Source: Laetmonice hystrix
Taxonomy: Eukaryota
NCBI GenBank assembly: GCA_965235115.1
Contig: OZ249436.1
Span: 12,402,001-12,466,000, forward strand
Direction: 5' to 3'
Length of the DNA stretch: 64,000 bases
Shown in pieces: positions 11,201 to 24,073 of the stretch. Under the pieces are notes generated by a model. The model searched no databases, had not been told where the DNA came from, and saw only the letters and a list, made by a program, of their open reading frames with translations. Position 1 is the first letter of the stretch. Each line of letters starts with the position of its first letter. The position numbers and the translations under genes were made by a program.

Positions 11201-14200
11201 GATTTGATATGCCAATAAGATCTGTCAAGATTGTGAAACTGAAGGGTGCCAGTATGTCTGGAATTTTACATGTCTGAAAAAGGACAGCAATATATTTCTA
11301 TTAAATCTGAATGGGAATTAAGTAATTTGTAGACATTCATCTGGCAGCTTGCCTTCCGTTGTGTATGGAAAATATTTTAGGATAGGTGCGAAGATTAAGA
11401 GTTTATTTCAAAGTTTAAAATGCGTGTAAGCCCCGGGGTGCCCAGTGGACTGAATAAGATACCTATAACTGCTTTGGGATGGGCATACAGGTTGCTTAAA
11501 CATTTCACTGACCTCTACAAGTCAAATACCGGTAGAGGTCAGGCATGCAGGGCTTATTTTAGCAAGTGCTTCAGTATTAGTGTGTCGTCAATTTTGACCA
11601 CAAGCAAGAAAACATAGGTTAATGTCTTTGGCCCCGAAACTTTTGGGTTTGCCTTTTAGCTACCTTTAAAGTTCTAATCAAGGCAATATCTGTGGTTCGT
11701 AATGAGACAAGATTTCGAAAGTCAATGCAGTAACTATGTTTGCATTTCTTGGGTCAAATTAAGGTGTATGTCCCCAACTCTGTTTCCGTGTGTTAATTTC
11801 ATTAGAATCCCTTATAGAGAATGGCATTGACAGTTGCTGAAAATAGGGCACTTTGGAAAAAAAGATTCACCGTAACCTTTACTGTTTGTTTATAGATTAA
11901 AAGGGTTCCCACAACAAGCAGGTCTCTCGTGCAATCTTTAGCAACTCTTTGCTTTTTTGCACATGGAAGGTAGGAGCTCAGAGACCAGGCGTTGTAGGAA
12001 CAGTAATGACTAAGATCAGTTACTATAGTATGTTGGATAGATCCCCCCCTGTGTATGGTCCGTGTAGCCCTTTGATTTCTATCCTATTTTAAAGACGTGG
12101 TTCATCCTCAGCTGTCGGTGGAGTGTCAGTCCCGTCGTGGGACCCTTGCGTAGTGGATGAGGCCACTTGGATTAGGAAAGAAAGTTTCTTTCAGTACGAT
12201 ATTTCTTGTACAGTTTTTTCCATACAAAACATCTGCGCGCAAAGTAAAGGTCTGACTGAATGACTGAGATATTTATTAGAACTACATGATGTGTAGGTAT
12301 ACTATAAATGTACGGTAATTGCCTTGTACATGAGGTATATGAACCTGAGTTATATAATCGAAGTCCTCAGAGGCGTTAGATCATGTGACGGCCAGTGATG
12401 TGGTAAAGTTAAACAGCTATTTGTTGTGGGGCTCCTGGCCCATCAATTACTTGGTTTGGCCAGTATACAAGGTGGCCAATAATGCAGATGAAAAATTATG
12501 AAGGCTGGTGTTTGTCTGATGTCTACGTATGAAATGTTAAGAAAGACATCAAACAGATAAGTTGTAAGAAATGTGGTGAACATTAGCTTAATTTCAGTTG
12601 TTTGACTTACAATGAGATTCATGGGCGACTACTTCGACCGAAATGTTGGCGCTATAATGATAAACGTATATATACATGTACATAGATATGTTTCCCAGTG
12701 GATGTTTCTAATTACGTATCTTCAGAGGTATAATGGTATGATTAAGGCTCTCCCTTTTCTATTTTATTACTACATCAGTGTTTCATCATGAGCCAACAAA
12801 TGTAGGTGTAAATTATTTTGTTTTTCATACGGTTAATGCATAGAGGATGTAATTTATGAAATGCGGATCCTGATTTCATTCAGATTCTCTCAGCTAGAGG
12901 CGCTAGACGATGTTCATGAAACTGAAAGCACCCTGCCAGTATGGCTACATTTATACATTGAAGCTCTTTGTGTGACTGTAACTCAGATTTATTCTGAAAT
13001 TGTGGGACTTTTCATGACAGATCTTTGTATAGGTTTATCGGGAGCAAGTCGTACAATGGTGTATCCGTCTACTCTAACAGAGTAATGGTTGAAAATAAAA
13101 ACCGTCGTCAAATTACAAGATGGTCTACGCCAGGTGTGTATAAACGAGAGAGATTCCAATACAGTAACTTATCTACTGCATGCCCTTTAGGGTCTTGGCT
13201 AATTTTGGCTGGACAGTATTGATAAAATTGAAAGTGTCCAATATTGTAGTCGTTAATATACACGAGTTTTAACCAGCGAGTTTTCACTAAATATAAATGG
13301 ACATTGGTACATCTCTAATGTGGAAGCAAATGCCTGCGGTGATGTTTGCAAGTCCATGTTCTGTTGAGATTGAAGAAATTGATCATATTTCAAACGTTAC
13401 TCTTACTGAGTTTATATTTCGGCCAGTCACGAGCCATGGACTCGTTGAGTGGCAATGGCTCAAGGGCTACTCCTCCTTTCAGTAGTTACCCGGTACGTGT
13501 ACATGTAAATGGAGTTTGGAAGCCCAGGGTGCCACCTGGCGGAATTCTACTCATCAGCCCTGGATACTCGACGTCTCTTGGAAAGATCATACAGTAAAGA
13601 TACACCCCTTGTTGGGGAGGATGGTACTTGTCTCTGAATGCTTTTTTTTTTTAAATTTCATGAAACTCAACATAGTTGACTCTTGAGGATGAGCCTGAAG
13701 GAGTTGACACTAGGTTTACTTCAGAGGTATTTGTATAAGTTGTCGCATGTGTTATCTTTACAATGGTTAAGTTATTCAGCCGTCAACTAAACATTTGATA
13801 ACGGTAGAAGAGAGCTGTCCTCAAATTAGTAGTTGCCAGCTTTTTGACACAGCAGGTTGACATAAATGTATCTCAGTTTGGCTAACCTTTTTTTATTTTT
13901 TGTTCGGCATGCGTTTATTTTTGTATTATGGTATTCTGTTGAGTTTCTTCAACACATCATTTTTGTATTTGTTCCTTCTTTGGATCTGTTCCCCATCAAA
14001 CAACGGGGTAATCATAATAGGGTAAGCGTGTAAGGATAGGTCATACACCAATAGCAGTAACATTTCTCAGAGTCACGTCTCTCAATCAGGTTCTGCCATT
14101 TGCTACAAAATATTTGTAGAATCGATTGTATCTTTGCCATTTTAAAACGCCGCCTGCAGTCTGTATACGTTGTCTATGCCGGAAACTGGCCAGGAAAAGG

Positions 14201-17200
14201 TGGGCGTGCACAATCCGCACATGGTGCATTGTATACTGGCAGATGTGGCGCTTGCCAATTTTAGAGTTGGAAGGAGGGGGGGGGGGAGTAAATGATGAAT
14301 GATTGTGATAGATCAACGTTTTATATGTTTCTCAGGTGATTTGTGTAGGCATTTAGTGTCCTGGAATGGGTGTATCGTGTGAGTGTGTGGAAGGCTGAGT
14401 CAGTGACCGACCATACATACTTGTATTTGTTGTGGGTTATATTTCAGCTGTTCTATGTAAGCAATTGGACTGGATTTCCTGATGTGAAGATGAGAGACAG
14501 GTTGTGAACTGAAAACGTTGAAATGTATCCCCAAATAATGGTAATACAGTATAATAAGTACAGTGTACACTTATATACATTATATCAGAAAGTTGAACAG
14601 ATCAATTACACTGTCCGGGGTGTTGATGTCTTCATAAGTTCAGTCTGCCTTACATGTACTGTTACAGGCATTTCACCCACATGTACATGCCGACTGAAGC
14701 TATGTTGAGTATATAAATCGTGTTTGTTATTGATAACTTCTAATTAACTCAGGTGCAGCTTACTGCTCCCACCACCTGATCAAGTGAAAGTAAATTTCTT
14801 CAAACAGGATATGCTGTGAAGGTTATTTTGTAACTCTTTGTGTCCATTATATGTTGATGTTTGGTTTGCTCAGTTCATTTTAACGGTCGTAGAGCAAGTA
14901 TAATTTCCAGTTTATATTTTACATGTTGACGAAAATTATTATACACATGCCTGTGATGATCAGTTCTTCAGAGAAGTGGCTAAGCTTTTTGTATAGAGTG
15001 GAGTAGTTAACGTTTTAAATAAATGTATATTGGCAGGAAGGTGTTGTTCTTCATTTATCTGTCACCAAGAACATCTAAAACCCATGCTTGCGTCGTTTTA
15101 GCAGCGAACGGTACGATCTATATAAATGCTGCTCTATCAATTGAATCCCACCATGCTATTGAGAAATCAAAGTGACTGATGTTGGCCTATTACCGGGGGA
15201 CTTAAGAAACACACTCGTGACTAGGAGGTATCCTCAAGTTTCTAATTACATGTATTCGTGAAGGTCGCGGGATTAATAAGTAGTGTATTGAAATGGCCGC
15301 TTAAATCGGGCAAACGTAATTAACGACTTGGCGTTCCTTCGCTCCATAAAATAGTCTATATACATAGTCTATAATATAAAATATAGGCCTACTAAGGGTA
15401 ACCTGGTAACCTGTTTACATATTTAAAAAAACTGCAGGACGATCAAACGATGGCCAGAAGAATTATGTTAGACCTACCAGCATTTCTTTTTCATTACCAG
15501 AAGGTCTAAAATGCTATCTTTACCCACACATCAATTGTTTTTATGATATTATGCTCATTTTGCATATCGCAGACTACGAGCATTCACTGAACCATGCGTG
15601 GACGCGACGACGATGCGTTTCAATTTTCCCGCCCGAACCATGCCCTCTCAACGCGCCGGTACACCCACCCCCACCCCTACACACACTCCACGCGTCTGTC
15701 AAATACAGGATCCGCCCTGTTGGCTATAGCACTGTTTTACGGCCAGATTTGCCAGACAGTCGGAGCATGAATCATTCTCGAGCGTACACTTCGTACTCTG
15801 CTTGAATTTGAGGAGATAACAGTGCCACCAGGTCGGTGGCAGTCTATGAACGGTTGGCGTCAACCTGGAGACGATACTTCCCGGAACGTCCGCAGTACGA
15901 GCCGCCGCGTGTGAGATATAGATGGTGAGCATGCACGCAGTTAACTAGTATGTCTCAACCCAAGGTCGTCAACGGACGCGCTGATGTACGCCTGCATGCG
16001 TGCATGGTTACAACTGTGTATTCACTGGGCTGTTATAGCCCCTGCAACTTTGGATAATAATCTTGTGCATTGCGGTTCTTTGGTATATTCATAGCCTTGG
16101 AGAGAACGAGAGGTAGGCCTATATATAGGAGTGTTTTCCAAAAGGTAAAGAAGGCGGTGCGTTGAAGGAGCTTATACAACGGCGGGAGAATTGAGGTCAG
16201 TTGTTAGCCAAGGGTTATAGCATATAGGTAGGGCGCGTATCATCCGATCAGTCAGCGTCACTGGATAGATAATGATCCCGCTACACCGCCGCTATGAATG
16301 GGTTATTTATACGCAACCACTGAACCGGTGGCTCATCACCTCTGTAATGATGAGACAGCAGGCGTTATGTATAAGACACACCTCTTCAGAGAACAGTCTT
16401 TATGCGATTGCTGTAATCACCTCAATAAGATAGGTGTGCTTCTAAAGTATTCTAGCGACTAGAGGTAATAATATGTGTAAACAGTAGGCCTATGACACAA
16501 GGGGAGGTATAGGCCTATGTGTGAAATGTTGAAAGGAAAGAATGCTCCTATAAGAGAAGATACGCCTCTAAGAACCCAGCACAGGATAATAGAGCGGTCG
16601 GCTTCAGACTGGAGCGCCGACAGGCACCAGAGCGAATGTCTAGACCGTCTAGACTGCAGACCGCCTGCGCAGAAAGCAATTTACCTCTGACAAAACTTCA
16701 CTGCATGCGTAATGCTATATGCTCGCCGTGTCAGGTGTAATTGCTGTAAATAAAGCAGTCAAAATATATAGGGCCTGCAGGTGGATAAACATCCAACTGT
16801 GCATCCATATTGATGAAATGAATGTTCCCACAAGAAAAGTGGTGTTCAGGGCCTAGATTAGGCCCTAATCATGATCTCTTGAATCGTATTGCATGTAATT
16901 ATGTTGAGAACACGTATACCTATACATGCTTTAGGAATGTATAGGGTATTACATACCTCTCTACTGCCCTATACAAAGGTAAACAGCAATATCTGACCAA
17001 TTTGGTAGTTATCACCATTTTTTTACCTTGCAGTAACTGCTATTTCTTGTGTAGGCCTACAAATGCCTTGGTTATACTGCAAGTTGCCTTTGTATGACAA
17101 CTTGTATATCTTTTTGTATGATGGAGGTACAAAGATGAGGCGCAGTATCTAGACATTTTCCGCTACCTTCCGCATTTGGATATTGGACATTGCAAAAAAG

Positions 17201-17953
17201 GGTCCTTAGGGTAGCCTATACGCAAACAAACTATCACATACCAACTGCTGTCCCACCAAAACCCGGAGCAAGGCACTAAATATAACTTCAGATTGCATCA
17301 TCTCAGTCTGGGTCTTACATCAGTTACTGCGGTTCCTTCACAAAAGGACCTGACATCAAACATTTTGTCGCAAGCGGAGAGGAACAGAATTATCTGAAAG
17401 TCTCATACCAATAGGCTATGCCAATAGGCCTACCCACGAGGGAAACCATCAACACATAGTCTAGAGGTAGGCCTAAAGGAGGGGAAACTCGGATACAGCT
17501 ATATTGGCCGATTTATATTGGGCTATGATGTCCCTTTGGTAGAATAATTATGGCTAGACTATTTCTTGGGGAAGTGGGGGGGGGGGGGGTACGAGCATCT
17601 GCACAGAGAAAAAAAGACAAAGAGAAAATGACAGGCAAATATAGGCCTGGAGAGAAAGAGGGAAACAGAGCGAGAGCGAGTTAGACGTAGGCCTGCAGAC
17701 ATACATACAGACCGACAGACAGAGCGAGACTCTAATTTAGCAATTTCTTTTTATCAACGAGCGTGGTGTAGGCCTATCTTTTCCAACTGGCGGATCGGGA
17801 GGGGGGAGGGCTAAGGGGGTTAGCCCGATGGTTAGCCCCCCCCCCCCCCAAAAAAAAAACGACCCCGGATCCGCCTATGTTTCCCCCTGGAATCTTCCCT
17901 TTATAAGTCACCAGCACCAGATTAATATACATTCTTGCACTGCAGAGAAGACA

Positions 17954-19178
17954 ATGTCAACAGTTATCAGTCTTCGTCTTTTGAGACGTGAAGAACTGCA
18001 TCTGGTTGTGACGTGGACATCGGCCGAGGGATGGCACGTGAACGAAAACATGTTGCTGGCGTGTCTTAAGCAGGACCCTAGCGGGATTATGGCTGCCGAG
18101 GACGACCAGGGACAGATTGTTGGTAAGTTTAATTAACTCTGGGTATAGGGTAATTAACTGAACCCGCCGCCCTGTGATTTATTAAGATGAAACAGTAAGA
18201 TAATACAACGATTTTAAGATAATACAACGTCATAACTTGCAATGGCGATGCCATCGACCTTAGGCCTATTAAGGTTCCTTAACTTAATAGGTCCCTTAAC
18301 TTAATAGGCCAACCTTATAGACCCTCCTTCGGTTTCTCCACTTCTTTCCATAATTTTGTTGGCTGTAGCCATGGCACAGGTCTAACCATTTCATTTTCGA
18401 CTTTTCCTGCTTTGCCATCCTGATTTCTGTGCCCTTTCACATGAATAGCCCACTCTTGATTCTTTTAGGCTGTATTGGAGCATGTATTTTGGACGACCGA
18501 TTGGCGGCTGGAGGACTTTTCGTCATGCGCAGTGACTTCCGGCGTCGCGGAATAGGTAAACTCCTGTGGGAATGGCGCGTCTCCTACGTGGGAGACCGAA
18601 ATCTCAGCATCGCAGCAGCCCAAGCCAGGGTAGAACCCAACCAGCGGGCAGGGTTCATACACCTGTCATACCAGTTCTCCAGCTTTCAAGGTGTCCCGCA
18701 TAGATCTAAGCTGGTTCCAACGTCAGATAGCGAGTTCGAGATCACCAGCTACGAAGACTCAATGTTCACTGACCTTTTAGAATACGACACTGCAGTACAT
18801 ACAGCAGCAAGAGAAGCGTTCCTGAAACAATGGGTAGCTCACGAGAACACAACTACTTTGATAGCAAAATGTGATGAGAAAATAATTGGATACGGATGTG
18901 TGCAGCCGATAGAAGGCAATGGCTACTACGTCGGACCAGTGTTTGCCGATCGATCTCACGTGGCCTCGGTATTGTTTAACAATCTGGCTCTCAGCATTCC
19001 TGAGGGATCAGAAATTGGCGTTGGGATTGCAACAGCACAGCCTCTTTGCAACGATATTGTCACCAAGCACCAGCTAAATCGAAAGAGCGATTTTCAACGC
19101 ATGCACACCAAAGGGGTCGTTGACATTCCATTGGAAAAAGTTTACTTTATAACAACCTGTGCAATATCACTGGTTTAA
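17954..19178 (+). CDS. GNAT-family N-acetyltransferase, YitH/HolE (holothin acyltransferase)-like tandem GNAT, about 292 aa; join(17954..18122,18469..19178)
   Basis: AEGW motif; acetyl-CoA motif FVMRSDFRRRGIGKLLW; second GNAT-like domain with LLEYD...REAFLKQW...IIGYGCV...YVGPVFAD. One phase-1 GT-AG intron. Confidence 0.85.
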
Positions 19179-21059
19179 AGACTTACAATCTTATATGAAA
19201 TTGATTGAAACACAGGTAGTTATAGGCCTGTATTTCACATATTTCAAGTATACGAAGCTGACTGATTAGGCCTAGCCTTGTTACTTCAGTCTTGTCAGTC
19301 CCTGAAATCACACGGATGATTTAACGGAGCTTGCCGAAGGACCCTGTGATGCTTCTCGTCATGCCATGATATTTTACATGCATATATCATATGCGCTTAT
19401 CGTTCCATCATATATCCCACCGTGCCAGGATGTGCGCAATCTCGATACTCAAAATGCAAACCTCTAGCTATTTAATCCAACATTCCTAGTTCTCTATAAC
19501 ATATCAGCAGGTGAGGGGCCCTTTCTGAGGTGCATGTACATGCTGAAACAGTTGAGGATGCACACAAAACGACAGGCCTACTCGTATTGATGGGTTTTGT
19601 ATAGTTTGTCTGGTCCGAAAGTTGATCGGTATACATGTAGTTGAAAATCGTATATGTAACGTTTCTCTAAAGGTGCTTCAAATGCCGAAGTATCCGTGGT
19701 TGAACTGCTTCAATTAAATTATAGTAGGCCCGCCTATGGCAGACCTATAATAAATTATGTGTGAAGTATAGCTCCATACAGATGGCATAACCAGTTCGTC
19801 CAACCTCTTTTGAATGACAAAGCTAAACCAGATGGTGGAAACTTGAAAAAAAATTGACGATGTATAAAATAATAGCCCTTCTGTTCATCAATTTAAGACA
19901 TTAGTTCGAGTCACTTTACAATTCATGGAGGGCGGAGAAGTCCAAGGTTGTTATATGATCGTGTCTTTAAGACTTGAAAAGCCTGCCCAAGTTTATAAGA
20001 ACTGATTATGTTAGAGTCGATTTTTATATACTTAATTAAATTTTTCGTTCCAAAATCTAGGCCTTCGTGAACGAGTGCTATACATGCACCAGTAGGCAGG
20101 GCCAGACGCAGCAAAAATAAAATGTTAGGGCCGTCTGAGATGGGGAACGGCACTTGTCATTAACATTGTATTCCAACAAATTTAAAAACGCGTGGTCTGC
20201 CTTTCTATATAAGGGGGGGGGGAGACTTAGCTGCCTCCCTCCGCTATGCTCACATTTGCACGCTTGGAAGAGTCGCAATTAGTCCAAGAGCATTATGTAA
20301 AAGGATTCAAGCTTTATCAGCAGCATTTGATGTAGTGTTCTCTTTGCTTCCCTATGCCTGTATCTTTATCACTAGTCCTATATATTTACTGTAAGACTAC
20401 CTACCGTTTAGTCTAATTGTATTATGGTTTTTATTGTCAATTTTTATTTAAAAAGGTTTACACTAAATTTTCTGAAAAATGTTGTTGAATTTAGTTATAA
20501 TAAGTGACATCTGACACCCCCCCCCCCTCACTCTGCTGCTCAAGTGTCTTCTAGAACAGTCGTCGCAGTAATCGACATGCAGGTGTGACGTCCGCCGGTA
20601 TGGAAGTCCGACGGACAAGACATTATGAAAATAATATAACATTACGGACTTCAAGCCATTGGAATGCAGGTCCGTCGGATCTCTATTTGGGGGACCTGCA
20701 TTTCTTTTTTTTTTACTCAGGCCGATGCTTCACCGATATTTAGTTGACCATTATGTTCCGCCTTGCGATATTTTTGCTGAAACTGTGGACCGACTGTGGC
20801 CAAGACATAATGTGATGAAGATGTATCATACAGAGCGGTTATATCCAGGGTTTAGGGCTTAAGGCCCAACACTATGAGATTAGGGTATATACTGGTCAAG
20901 GTTGGCATGGGTCTCAGTTATACATTAATGCCCCCCAATGACGGCGATTGTAATCATGCACTCACTGTATCCAACCAGCAGGAGCATCGCTGCGTCGCCT
21001 ATATGCGGTGGTAGCAAGAATTGTGGTAGCTCGAAGCAATCCCTCGCATCAGGGATCTG

Positions 21060-21190
21060 GGGACCGTTTCACTAAACACTCGTATTTTACGAGCTCGTAT
21101 TTTCTGTAGATCATAATGTCCGAGTTGTTTTTCGTGTTTACGAGCTATAAGGCCATATACGAGCTCGTACAGTGTTAGTGAGACGAGCCC
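21060..21190. mobile_element. PIF/Harbinger-like MITE
   Basis: CTG|gggaccgtttcactaaacact ... agtgttagtgagacgagccc|CTG: TIRs with a 3-bp CTG duplication. Confidence 0.7.
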
Positions 21191-24073
21191 CTGGTTTCTG
21201 AGGCTTTTTTTCATCCAAGCGCTGCGGCCCCTTTGCCGATAGCTAGCTGTCCGAGGGTGTAGAAAATGTGTAAATTATACCTAGACGCAATATTATCTTG
21301 GCCTGTAGCGAAATGTTCGCCTTAGCTAAGCAGCACAGAACTTTGTTGCGAAATATTTGTATCTAACGTGTGCAAATTAATGTAGGTGTGACTACCGATC
21401 TGTTAATATTGTGTTCTTTCTTTTGGTGACCATGATGTTTCATTTGGAATTAAATAAACCGAAAGTTGCCCGTTAGCATCAATAATCCGGGCTCCTAAAA
21501 ATGCATGGTACATGGCCTAGTGAACCATACATGTGAGTTGAGAGCAAATTTGCTATCTTGCACCGTCTTACCCCATTCACACTTCACGTCTCTACTTATT
21601 AAATTATTCACGAACCTGCCCGTGTATACATGTATAGATCTATGTCTGTATCGCAATGCAGACCGACCTTTCGCATGGTGACTGGATCCGTTACCTTGCA
21701 GGTTAACGTATATGCAATAAAACATAGGGGCCTATGTTCATCATTAGCCTATAGAAGATATCGCAACAACTTATTAGAACACATTCCTGTTTTTGTTCCT
21801 TTGTTAATATCGAGAATTTAATTGCTTTTGTTGGATATGGCGAATAAAGATGTTGCGAAATGTTTGAAGGGGGGTTCTTTGTGAGACTATTTTATATTAT
21901 AATGCGACGGGCATGGTTAATGAATTTCATGCTTGTTATATTCGATATGTGGATCCCACTGGGGATTATACGGGTACGCCAATTTCTTACGCGCGTTTGC
22001 TGTCGTGAAATAGTTTGTAATTCAAGTGTGAGTGGCTTAATTTCCAAAGAGATATTGCAGGATAATATGTTTGGTTAAAATGAAGTCAGGAACAGCAATG
22101 TAACTTAGACCTAGCGCGCATTGCCCGATGTGCCAAGGTTGGCTGGTGCCTGCCGTTGGCCTATACACATACATATTAACTTTAGTTGTTCAGTAGGGAA
22201 CCTTTATTATGATTAATAATAGATTCTTCGTCCCTGAAAGTTGGCACTACTATTTCCTTTCTATAAGCCCAAGTGAACCCCATTAATTACTCATGGTGGG
22301 TCGCTGCGCAGGGGGGGGGGGGCATAACTCTATCCCTCAGTAAAATAAACATTCTACCTCTCCTCCATATTAAAGCTGCAGATGAAGTTCCTTGAAAAGT
22401 TACCTTTTATCCGTAGCTTGATAAAATTTCAGGTTTGAATGATCAGTGAAAGTATAGAGAAATGGAGTTACAATTGGCCGTCCAGTTGCTGTTTGGACCG
22501 AATGCCATCTGTGAGGTGAGGCTCGTAGGGATTGCCCTAAATACGACCATACCGGAAGTACTGCGTGCATTAGTAGGATGTAGGGGGGATCCCCTATTAC
22601 CTCACCTCGCAGATAACATTCTGTCGAAACGGTAACAAGACGGCCATTACTTTCACTCATCGTTCAAACATGGAATTTTAACATGGTGTTGCCGAGGGTA
22701 AAAGCCAAGTTTCTGAGGAACTGCATCTCCAGCTTTACGTTTTACAGTTCGATTAGAGACTTCATGACATATCATTACCAGACTACAGAAGCGAAACGCC
22801 TGAACTGTAAATTTGTGGACAGGCGTAATACCTTTATTTTCCCAAGTTGTTAGCACCTTGTAGTAGTAATGCAGGACTCACTACCCGCTATCCAGTTTCT
22901 TTGGCTATACACTGTATTCTATCATGTTTCATGCAGGATTATGTCGTTATCTTCAACTATTTTTCAGGCCTCAGCCAATGAAGTGTCACAGCTCACATAA
23001 TATAACAAACTAGAAAGCAGACAATTCATTCTTATGCACTATTATTATACATGAATGAAAAAGCTTGTAACTTCACCTTCACAAACTGCAGTGTTTTTGA
23101 ATACCGGTATATACAATCAATTGCCAGCCCATCACGGTAATATAAAACATCCCATGGCTTTTCCTCATCTTTTATACCATAAATCAAAAGTTCTGATCTA
23201 CTGGACCCATTCTGGCAAGTGGTGGCAAAGAGCACCAGATGAACTTGGTCCTTCGTAGAACTCAGCCAAGCCTAAAGACAAGGAGAAGTCATGCGTTAGG
23301 AGACCTAGGCCCATGATCCAGATGGAAAAAGGTGGGCTCATGAGGAGATCAGCCTTGCTGTAGGTTCGATCACTTTTTTCTCAAAGTTACTTTGAAAAAG
23401 AAGCGGCAGCATTTCTTCATCTGCACGCTGCTATCAGAAACTGAAGGCCGGAGATTTTCCAGCCTGGAGACACAGGTCTGCCCTTGCTTATTGACCCACT
23501 TAGCTGGGTTACTTTTCTGCCTGGAGTATCTTAACAGAAACCAAATGTCTCCATCCCCTGTGGTCAGCAACATGTTCTGTATCTGTAGCGACACACCTGC
23601 ACCATTATGTCTTTACCCAAGAAGCGGTGTTTTTCAAAACCACTAATACATTTGTACCTTCACTTTGGGCATTATCTACCAATAAGTGAGAAATGAAGGA
23701 GCCACTAGCTATATTATTCTTATAGTAAAGGTAATACTACCTGGATTTTCTGGCGTGTACTTTACATGTATTTCCCACAGAGAATGTGCTTTCCATTCAA
23801 AAATTGCCCTGACTTACCTTTCCCATCTTCCTGTCATATAAGCCTAACAATCTTCTTAAAAAATAAAGTACATAAACCTAAATATATGATCTCTTAAAAC
23901 GTTTACTAATATAAGAAATACTTGCACCTGGCAAAACATAACAATATAAAATAATAACACATCGGTTTCCTGAAAAAAGCCATTCCCATTCCATATCTTC
24001 TGTACCAATCTTGGTACACATTCGTTCCAAAAGTTAGTAAAGAGGATTGGGAAAGATTCCAATACTCTCAAGC

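Noticed and set aside
13500..13600. CTGATGAG on the minus strand as a hammerhead ribozyme core
   Set aside because: No stem II followed by GAAA and no flanking helices could be formed.
16352..16382. gagacagcaggcgttatgtataagacac resembles a Tn5/Nextera mosaic end
   Set aside because: Several mismatches to AGATGTGTATAAGAGACAG; a chance similarity.
19200..24000. Many short ORFs between the GNAT and adaptor genes
   Set aside because: No recognisable motifs or consistent splice chain; treated as UTR/intergenic DNA with repeats.
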